Assembly (NCBI GenBank): GCA_045809945.1
Contig: JBJMWW010000079.1
Span: forward strand, 1-54,373
Origin: Chthoniobacterales bacterium
GTDB taxonomy: Bacteria > Verrucomicrobiota > Verrucomicrobiia > Chthoniobacterales > UBA10450
DNA length: 54,373 nt
Direction of reading: 5' to 3'
Position 1 is the first letter of the stretch, and the number at the start of each line of letters is the position of its first letter. The translations under genes and the position numbers were made by a program. The notes beneath the pieces were generated by a model. It ran no database searches. It was not told where the DNA came from and saw only the letters and a list, made by a program, of their open reading frames with translations. This document shows, piece after piece, positions 54,005 to 54,373 of this stretch.

Positions 54005-54373
54005 CAGTAGATATACGGCTGCGCCAGCGTGAATGCGTTTTGAATCAATTCAATCTGCGTTGGCCCCTCGTCGCGCATGACCACCTCCACGGCATCGAAG
54101 CGGAAGAGAATGTCGGGATTATCCAGCAGGCGCAGCCAGGCGAGTGCACCGCGCGAAATTCGCCGCTGCTGATCGCGACGGATCGTTTCGAACGGTCGCC
54201 CGAACTCTTCGCTGCCGCGCGTTTTCACTTCGACAAACACCAGCGTGTCACCATGGCGCGCGACGATGTCGATCTCGCCGCCCGTTCGACCGCGGAAGTT
54301 GCGATAGAGAATCTTGTAGCCGTGCCGACGGAGGAATTTCGCCGCCAGTTTTTCGCCACGCCGCCCGCGTTCG
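54004..54373 (-). CDS. yraN: YraN family protein (5' end outside the window)
   Basis: [25 protein letters not shown]...GEIDIVAR...LVFVEVKTR...RFDAV. Confidence 0.92.
   Translation of the reverse strand, partial: ERGRRGEKLAAKFLRRHGYKILYRNFRGRTGGEIDIVARHGDTLVFVEVKTRGSEEFGRPFETIRRDQQRRISRGALAWLRLLDNPDILFRFDAVEVVMRDEGPTQIELIQNAFTLAQPYIY

Noticed and set aside
1-54373. tRNA, rRNA, riboswitch, IS/transposase, prophage or anti-phage defence genes
   Set aside because: None recognisable by eye, and intergenic gaps are short. An Infernal/Rfam and DefenseFinder run would be needed to exclude them formally.

Overview
This is a GC-rich, gene-dense chromosomal window. It most likely comes from a Verrucomicrobiota bacterium (Spartobacteria/Chthoniobacterales-like); that is inferred from the PVC small basic signature protein, a stand-alone SWIB protein, the LVNISTR-repeat proteins and an LpxL-WaaF fusion. 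It carries about 50 CDS. Housekeeping genes include putA, ltaE, panC, nadB, aroA-cmk-plsC, rluB, grpE-dnaJ-rsmE and yraN. Envelope genes include tesA-ybbAP, DsbD plus a redoxin, an ArnT-like transferase, a GT2 and a polysaccharide deacetylase. Signalling genes include a hybrid kinase, two PP2C/SpoIIE phosphatases and a STAS protein. Many secreted hypothetical proteins are also present. I found no rRNA, tRNA, CRISPR array or transposase. The most unusual signal is a set of palindromic repeats. One family has intergenic copies on both sides of dnaJ and a 111-bp, codon-aligned copy inside putA. A second structured element sits in the linker of an MBL-nuclease/DNA-ligase fusion. Other points of interest are that fusion itself, a partner-switching module coupled to grpE-dnaJ without dnaK, a matrixin/LVNISTR-repeat cluster, a shared unnamed lipoprotein C-terminal domain, tandem PadR operators, apparent leaderless promoters, and four small ORFs the ORF track misses or mis-starts. 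All calls come from reading motifs by eye; no database search was run.
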